Virus record (IMG/VR): IMGVR_UViG_3300011439_000036
Location: 1 to 31,430 of that record
Reading direction: 5' to 3' (one strand)
From: a virus
Taxonomy: Duplodnaviria > Caudoviricetes
Length of the DNA: 31,430 bases
Shown here: piece by piece, positions 26,617 to 31,430 of the stretch
Layout of the letters: each line of letters starts with the position of its first letter
Numbering within the stretch: position 1 is the stretch's first letter
The notes under the pieces: generated by a model
What the model was told of the DNA's origin: nothing
Database searches by the model: none
The model's input: only the letters and a program-made list of their open reading frames with translations
Program-made: the position numbers and the translations under genes

Positions 26617-26801
26617 ACGCTGAAGCTCAACTGATTTCTGGGGCTAGAGAGAACATTATCCGAGCCAAAGAATCAGCAGCGAACCGGGGCCGGGGTGATA
26701 TCGACGGGTGGTTAACCATGGCTTTGTGGTGGATTCAAAAAGCGATTGAAGCAGAAGGTGACCCCAAACCAAACACGGTGTACCCGCATCGCGGGGATTA
26801 A
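26613..26801 (+). CDS. Hypothetical protein
   Basis: Coupled 62 aa ORF. Confidence 0.55.
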   Translation: MNAEAQLISGARENIIRAKESAANRGRGDIDGWLTMALWWIQKAIEAEGDPKPNTVYPHRGD

Positions 26802-27362
26802 ATGAAAACAGCAATATTCGACCTGGAAACATCAAACCTTTACGCCGACACGGGCATACTGCTCTGTGCTGTCATAAAGGAATACGGGTCCAAGTCTGCC
26901 CCAACTGTTATCCGAGCGGACCAGTTCGGCACATGGAAGAATCAACGATCGAACTGTAAGCCAATTGTCGAGGCCACAATCAACGCCCTGCTCGATTACG
27001 ACATTTATGTTGCTCATAACGGGCAATTCTTTGATAAGACCATGCTCACGAGTTGGGCCTTGAAGTTCAACCTGCGTGTGGATCTACGGTTCTCACGATT
27101 CATCGACCCGGTTATGTTGGCCCGGCGCCACATGCGATTGAGCCGGCGCAGCCTCGGGAACGTGCTTCAGTTCTTCGGGATCGAGGAAGAAAAAACCCCC
27201 ATTAAGTGGGTTTACTGGATGCAATCGGCACTGGACGGTAATTCCAAATCCCTGAATTACATCGTGGACCATTGCGTAGCCGACGTGCATTTACTGGAAA
27301 AAGTTTATGACAAAGCCAAACGACTGGTCAAAGGCATTGACGAAAGGGGGAGTTCATTTTGA
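26802..27362 (+). CDS. DEDD 3'-5' exonuclease (RNase H-like domain)
   Basis: ExoI 'FDLET', ExoII 'HNGQFFD', ExoIII 'HCVADV'. Confidence 0.9.
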   Translation: MKTAIFDLETSNLYADTGILLCAVIKEYGSKSAPTVIRADQFGTWKNQRSNCKPIVEATINALLDYDIYVAHNGQFFDKTMLTSWALKFNLRVDLRFSRFIDPVMLARRHMRLSRRSLGNVLQFFGIEEEKTPIKWVYWMQSALDGNSKSLNYIVDHCVADVHLLEKVYDKAKRLVKGIDERGSSF

Positions 27363-27562
27363 GCTTATCTGATGATTTCCCAAAGATAGCGGTGGACCAA
27401 AAAGCCGAATCAGTTGCTGACCTCATGAAGGTTTGGCCCAAAAGCCGGAACATGCTTTACGGGTTCATCGACGCACAGCTCAAATCTGGTGCATGGGAAA
27501 AGGTCATAAAAAGGGACCACCTGGGCCGGGTTGTGGCTGCTTATCGACGCAAGAAACGCTAG
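27359..27562 (+). CDS. Hypothetical protein
   Basis: TTGA overlap with the exonuclease gene; basic C-terminus. Confidence 0.55.
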   Translation: MSLSDDFPKIAVDQKAESVADLMKVWPKSRNMLYGFIDAQLKSGAWEKVIKRDHLGRVVAAYRRKKR

Positions 27563-27612
27563 CTAAATTTCATTACCAGACAAGCACTTAGGCCGGGTTC
27601 AGAAAATAATGC

Positions 27613-27646
27613 TTGTATCGTATCGGGGATATGATAGGATTTGGGC
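27613..27646 (+). promoter_or_regulatory. Sigma70-type leaderless promoter with a palindromic operator
   Basis: TTGTAT-N16-TAGGAT-N6-ATG; TATCGTATC-GGG-GATATGATA at 27616-27636. Confidence 0.65.
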
Positions 27647-27817
27647 ATGAAAACGAAATACCAAGTCCTGCATGGAACAGTGAAAGTGAGCGTCCACGCA
27701 TCGAAGGTTGCGGCAATAAAAGCTGCACGTGAATACCTTGGGCAACAGCCAGCGGACAGGTTTGTCCCGGTGTCGGTTGCCAGACTCAACGGCTGCATCG
27801 TGTGGAGCAACCGATGA
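27647..27817 (+). CDS. Hypothetical protein, 56 aa (not in the ORF track)
   Basis: MKTKYQVLHG...; starts 6 nt after the -10; abuts the next ATG. Confidence 0.6.
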   Translation: MKTKYQVLHGTVKVSVHASKVAAIKAAREYLGQQPADRFVPVSVARLNGCIVWSNR

Positions 27818-28051
27818 ATGAAAACGTACACCCTTTCCCAATTCAAAGCCTGGGGCAGTCTGGGGAGTAAGGTCCGGAAGCATCGGAAGCTAACCCCGGC
27901 CCAGGCCCGGGCCATGGTCAAGGCCAGGGAACGGAAACGGAAAGAACGGGAATCCACAAAAGGGTTCGTGTCGGCACCGACCATTGGGATTTCACTAACA
28001 CATGAAACTGAAAGAAATCAGCAAAATGGAGACCGCGCAAATCAGGGATGA
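27818..28051 (+). CDS. Small basic protein (possibly DNA-binding)
   Basis: 'GSLGSK....LTPAQAR.M..AR'. Confidence 0.55.
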   Translation: MKTYTLSQFKAWGSLGSKVRKHRKLTPAQARAMVKARERKRKERESTKGFVSAPTIGISLTHETERNQQNGDRANQG

Positions 28052-28193
28052 AATCGAGCGGCTCACTCGCAGGCCGTACCGTGCTGAATCGCAATGGGCC
28101 ATGAGATTATTCGATCTTCGGCAAGAGCTGAAAAAGCGAAGCCCTCAACCAAACCATTCCTCAGCCTCGGCCGGTGTGACCAGTTCCCGGTAG
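28002..28193 (+). CDS. Hypothetical protein
   Basis: 63 aa helical ORF. Confidence 0.45.
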   Translation: MKLKEISKMETAQIRDEIERLTRRPYRAESQWAMRLFDLRQELKKRSPQPNHSSASAGVTSSR

Positions 28194-28196
28194 TGC

Positions 28197-28562
28197 TCAC
28201 TTAACGGGCTGTTTGGGCAGACCAGCCCTGATCCGTTCCTCGACGTGGAATTTCTTGACCATTAAATCGGCTCGTTCTTTTGCAATCGGGCTTGCCTCGG
28301 CATTCAATTGTTTCCGCGCCTGTTCTTCTGGTTTTGTGCTTTGACCGGCAGTCATTTTCAGATGTTGAAGCGTGGTTAGCCTGGTAGTGTTCGACCTGTA
28401 CTTCGCAAGTTGAATATCAATCGCGGCAAGCCGGGTCATGATCCATTTATGTTCCGAGTCAGCCTTGCACCTGATCGTGAACAAATCGTTCGTGGCAGCC
28501 TTCTTTGGTGTGGGTTGGGCCAAAGCCGAAACAGTCATCAACAACAATATGATAAACCGCAT
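28197..28562 (-). CDS. Secreted coiled-coil protein (possible lysogenic conversion/exclusion factor)
   Basis: Signal peptide MRFIILLLMTVSALA|Q; upstream TTGACC-N17-CAAAAG-N6-ATG. Confidence 0.65.
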   Translation of the reverse strand: MRFIILLLMTVSALAQPTPKKAATNDLFTIRCKADSEHKWIMTRLAAIDIQLAKYRSNTTRLTTLQHLKMTAGQSTKPEEQARKQLNAEASPIAKERADLMVKKFHVEERIRAGLPKQPVK

Positions 28563-28761
28563 GGACCCCTTTTGCCTGAAGGCTGGCCCGTGGTCAAGTC
28601 AGTAAAACCACTAGTGCTATAACTTTGCTTCCGATTGTAATTTCTCCTTGTAATTATAATGCCCCTACCCCACTCTGAGTCGCGAAGTGCTTGAATGTTC
28701 CAAACATTGTGCGAACGGGTGGGGCAATTTCCCAGCGAAAGCTTTCTCCTCTGTCAATGCC

Positions 28762-28998
28762 TTACTTCAGTGTGCCGTTTACCGAGTCCTTGGAGACAAC
28801 GCTCCAAACGGCACGTTGAAGGTCCCTGACCAGGCTGGGAATCTGGTGGGACTGTTTCAGCACACAAAGGCTCAAAAACTTGCTCTGCGACAAGCCGGTT
28901 TCACGGCACCCATTTTCGATCATCTTCACCACATCGACAGCAAGTCTGCAGTTGAACTGAGTCGATTTGGCCGCTTTTTTATCACCGAACGTTATCAC
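28762..28998 (-). CDS. RHH-like DNA-binding protein
   Basis: 'QFNCRL..DV..MI......GLSQSKF'; SD GGAAGGGG. Confidence 0.65.
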   Translation of the reverse strand: MITFGDKKAAKSTQFNCRLAVDVVKMIENGCRETGLSQSKFLSLCVLKQSHQIPSLVRDLQRAVWSVVSKDSVNGTLK

Positions 28999-29031
28999 AG
29001 TATCCCCTTCCCATGAAAGTTGACCACACGT

Positions 29032-29262
29032 TTATTCTGGCTTGTCTTGCGCTATATTTGCGAAACGACGCTCGGCCTCCAAGGCCAAAGCTTCGCGCTG
29101 CTCTTTCGTCTGACGACTTACCTCTGACCGGTACAACAAGAAGGCACGCTCCAAAAGCGCACCTTGTGAAAGCCCGTCCGCCGCGGCCTGGATTTTAAGC
29201 GCTGCCCTGATTTGCCGGGTAAATCGGAAGGTCGAAAGTTGCTTGCTCTTCCTTTTTGCCAT
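29032..29262 (-). CDS. RHH (Arc/Mnt-like) repressor candidate (start may be 29280)
   Basis: 'STFRF...IRAALK.QA..DGLSQ.ALLERA'. Confidence 0.7.
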   Translation of the reverse strand: MAKRKSKQLSTFRFTRQIRAALKIQAAADGLSQGALLERAFLLYRSEVSRQTKEQREALALEAERRFANIAQDKPE

Positions 29263-29288
29263 ATCTAAAAAACCTAGCATTGGCGGGG

Positions 29289-29373
29289 ACAATAGCAGGG
29301 TTTGTAGTTACGGGCAACACTTTTCCACAAATAATGCTTGCATGTGTAGTAACACGTAACTACTCTTTGCCCA
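29289..29373. promoter_or_regulatory. Divergent promoters with two operator-like palindromes
   Basis: Minus strand TTGCCC-N17-TATTGT; plus strand TTGCAT-N17-TACTCT-N7-ATG; GTAGTTACggGCAACACT (29304-29321) and GTAGTAACacGTAACTAC (29346-29363). Confidence 0.7.
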
Positions 29374-29544
29374 ATGAAGCAAAACAGGCGATTGCAACAG
29401 TTCAGATTCCCGCCAAAAACCGTTGTTTTATTGACCAAAGAGGCGGCTGAAACCAACCGCACCAAAACCAGAATTATCGAAATAGCCTTCGCTCACTATA
29501 TGAGCCTGAAGCGCGACCACCGGCTGAAGCTTAACCCGCTATGA
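29374..29544 (+). CDS. RHH protein in the Cro position, 56 aa (not in the ORF track)
   Basis: MKQNRRLQQFRFPPKTVVLLTKEAAETNRTKTRIIEIAF; leaderless; ATGA overlap with the next gene. Confidence 0.75.
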   Translation: MKQNRRLQQFRFPPKTVVLLTKEAAETNRTKTRIIEIAFAHYMSLKRDHRLKLNPL

Positions 29545-29891
29545 AATCCATGGAGCTTGATTTGTTCTCTGGCGAGGCTGCCAAAGCGGCGGGCATGGCG
29601 TTAGTGACAGCGAACAACCCCGAATGGAAAGACACGGTGCGGGCTGTAATCCTGTCGCTAAGCGGAGAATTCACCAACGACGATGTGAGAATTGCCTGCC
29701 GTGCGATTGGGTTGCCGTCACCAAAATCTCCCAATGCCTGGGGTGCTGCTATCTGTGCCGTTGCCAAGACTGGAGCCATAAGGCGGGTTGGTTATCGCAA
29801 ATCCGCCATTCCATCGACTCACGCAAGGGTGGTAGCGGTTTGGCGACGCAACTTTTTACGGAATGAACCAATAAGGCTTTCACAACAATGA
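29541..29891 (+). CDS. Conserved phage hypothetical protein (winged-helix-like)
   Basis: 'FT.DDVR', 'PNAWGA', 'H.R...VW'. Confidence 0.7.
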   Translation: MKSMELDLFSGEAAKAAGMALVTANNPEWKDTVRAVILSLSGEFTNDDVRIACRAIGLPSPKSPNAWGAAICAVAKTGAIRRVGYRKSAIPSTHARVVAVWRRNFLRNEPIRLSQQ

Positions 29892-29991
29892 ACCCACTCT
29901 ACAGCACCGCGCCGGCCGACCGGAACAGCCCCCAGTTTGGTCGGAGTCTCAACCTGCGCGGCGCTTGATTTAACTAAATGAAAGGCAACCC

Positions 29992-30075
29992 ATGATTATC
30001 ACAATCCCGATGGCCTTTGCCATATTAGCTGTTCTGTGGATGTTCGGTGTGTGGTGGACCAGTGAGGAGTTATGA
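29992..30075 (+). CDS. 27-aa single-TM peptide
   Basis: MIITIPMAFAILAVLWMFGVWWTSEEL; SD GAAAGG; ATGA overlap. Confidence 0.5.
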   Translation: MIITIPMAFAILAVLWMFGVWWTSEEL

Positions 30076-30272
30076 ACGCCGAAACCACACCACAACGATT
30101 CGAGTTTACGCGCTGGTTCAATGTGTATCGGCGCGAAGATGGCGGATTCGATCTCGGCATCCCATCTGACTACAAGTGTGAATGCGACGAAACCCGATTT
30201 GAAATCCACACTGAGAAATGCATCGCCTGTATCGAACTGATCATTACCGGAGAAGTGGGGCAAGGATTATGA
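30072..30272 (+). CDS. Hypothetical protein
   Basis: SD GAGGAG; 'W.NVY...' and C-terminal 'GQGL'. Confidence 0.6.
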   Translation: MNAETTPQRFEFTRWFNVYRREDGGFDLGIPSDYKCECDETRFEIHTEKCIACIELIITGEVGQGL

Positions 30273-30508
30273 ACCCCGTGATAGACCCCATTTGGCAATG
30301 CTGCATCTGCAAGGTCTGGTACACCGCAAATGCAATCGTGGACCCGCCTGCAGATACTTCAAACCCGTCACATGGATATTGCCCAGCCCATGCCAAACAG
30401 AAGCGGGCCGAGGACCGGATCTGGATAGAACGTTACAAATCCTTAAAGACTTTACCCGGGGCGCAGCCTACGCCCGATCGCGGAGTGATTGTGTCCCGAC
30501 ATGACTGA
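30269..30508 (+). CDS. Small Zn-binding hypothetical protein
   Basis: 'CCIC...SHGYCP.H'. Confidence 0.6.
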   Translation: MNPVIDPIWQCCICKVWYTANAIVDPPADTSNPSHGYCPAHAKQKRAEDRIWIERYKSLKTLPGAQPTPDRGVIVSRHD

Positions 30509-30547
30509 GGACACCTGCGCCCCGGGGAATAAACAGAGAGAGAAATT

Positions 30548-30985
30548 ATGCACATTAGCAAACTAACACAAAGCAAGTTCTTGACCCGGGCAGATGTAGG
30601 CTCTGGGGTGCTGGCTACTATCGAAGATGTATTTCATGAGAACGTGGCCAAAGAGGGCGCACCAGAAGAGTTAAAGGTGTGCATTTCGTTCACAGGTGTA
30701 GAAAGGCCCCTGGTTTTAAACAAGACCAACAAGGATATTATCATATCCATCCTGGCAAGCCGAGGCATGCCCATGGACGACATCTCGGAAACAGATAACT
30801 GGAGGGGGCAGCAAATAGTTTTATATGATGACCCGAACGTCCCATATCAAGGCAAGCTCGTGGGCGGAATTCGGGTCAGGGCGCCGCGTGGCAAGGCTGC
30901 TACTGCGCAACAACAGAAACCTGCGGCCACACCAGCGCCATCCCCGCTTGAGCCCGAACCGCCAGACGACGACGTACCGTTCTGA
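30548..30985 (+). CDS. Phage ssDNA-binding-like protein
   Basis: 'SKFL...D', 'LVLNKTN', 'W.GQ.I.LY', 'GIRVR', Pro/Ala linker, acidic tail 'DDDVPF'. Confidence 0.7.
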   Translation: MHISKLTQSKFLTRADVGSGVLATIEDVFHENVAKEGAPEELKVCISFTGVERPLVLNKTNKDIIISILASRGMPMDDISETDNWRGQQIVLYDDPNVPYQGKLVGGIRVRAPRGKAATAQQQKPAATPAPSPLEPEPPDDDVPF

Positions 30986-31395
30986 TGAACCTGAAAGACC
31001 TTAAACCGAGATATGTTCCGATGAAAACTAAACTAACCAAGAAAGCTTTACTAGACTTAAGTCCATGCGATGAAGGCCGTGCGTTTATCAAAAAACACAA
31101 GACGCTCAAGACGATGTGGGACAAGTGTGAGAACGTGGAGTGGATGGTCTGGGCGCTGAAGAAATTCGGAATCATTGATGAACGGACTGCCCGACAATTT
31201 GCTGTGGCCTGCGCGGAACATACACTGCACCTGTTCGAGGATAAATACCCAAACGATAAACGGCCACGGCAAGCAATAGAGTTTGCGCGGACGCTGATTG
31301 ATAACCCGGCGGCGGCAAGGGCGGCGGCGGAGGCGGCGGAGGCGGCGGAGTCGGCGGAGTCGGCGGCAAGGGCGGCGGCAACGGCGGCGGAATGA
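30985..31395 (+). CDS. Imm5-like phage protein with Ala-rich repeats (start may be 31021)
   Basis: 'FAVACAEH.LHLFE..YPNDKRPRQAIE.AR' followed by AAx repeats. Confidence 0.65.
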   Translation: MNLKDLKPRYVPMKTKLTKKALLDLSPCDEGRAFIKKHKTLKTMWDKCENVEWMVWALKKFGIIDERTARQFAVACAEHTLHLFEDKYPNDKRPRQAIEFARTLIDNPAAARAAAEAAEAAESAESAARAAATAAE

Positions 31396-31430
31396 GCGGC
31401 GGCGAGGGCGCCGGGCAAGTCGGCGGCACA
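31307..31430 (+). repeat. Degenerate 9-nt GCGGCGNNN tandem repeat
   Basis: ggcggcgga / gtcggcgga units that run to the window end. Confidence 0.8.

Larger units (their letters stand above)
1..31430. mobile_element. Tailed phage/prophage (lambda-like packaging, siphovirus-type tail)
   Basis: Terminase, portal, protease-capsid, tail, holin and early genes fill the window; dense ATGA/TAATG gene overlaps; no host housekeeping genes. Confidence 0.97.

Noticed and set aside
28687-29198. Plus-strand ORFs 28687..29016 and 29013..29198
   Set aside because: Antisense to RHH genes that have better motifs and expression signals
30900-31429. Minus-strand Ala-rich and Pro-rich ORFs
   Set aside because: Artefacts of the GCG repeat
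1-31430. Stop-codon recoding (TAG/TGA)
   Set aside because: Long genes are intact in the standard code, and all three stops end clear genes (for example the capsid ends in TAG)
1-31430. CRISPR array, DGR, tRNA genes, integrase/att site
   Set aside because: No repeat-spacer array, reverse transcriptase, TR/VR pair, tRNA consensus or recombinase motif seen

Overview
The whole window is a tailed dsDNA phage or prophage with lambda-type packaging, an HK97-fold capsid and a short non-contractile tail; no integrase is visible. From left to right: terS, terL, a sugar-modification cluster (TPR-glycosyltransferase, FkbM methyltransferase, second SAM methyltransferase, GT4 glycosyltransferase), then an inverted head module on the minus strand (gpW-like adaptor, lambda-type portal, fibre-like genes of which one is frameshifted, protease-capsid fusion) with a free-standing HNH gene on the plus strand. 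After that come head-tail and tail genes, two fibre proteins, a holin/lipoprotein cassette with no recognisable endolysin, a DEDD exonuclease, a divergent switch of three ribbon-helix-helix (RHH) genes, and early genes including an SSB-like protein. The most unusual observations are: (1) two tail-fibre-like proteins with Sec signal peptides and a strong Thr-Asn bias, suggesting export and possible glycosylation; (2) a GTTGAC-N16/17-ATG element in front of structural gene blocks; (3) the inverted head module with back-to-back motifs at its border; (4) a pseudoknot/attenuator-like RNA in the leaderless HNH mRNA. A Verrucomicrobiota host is an inference only. All family calls come from reading motifs by eye, not from database searches.
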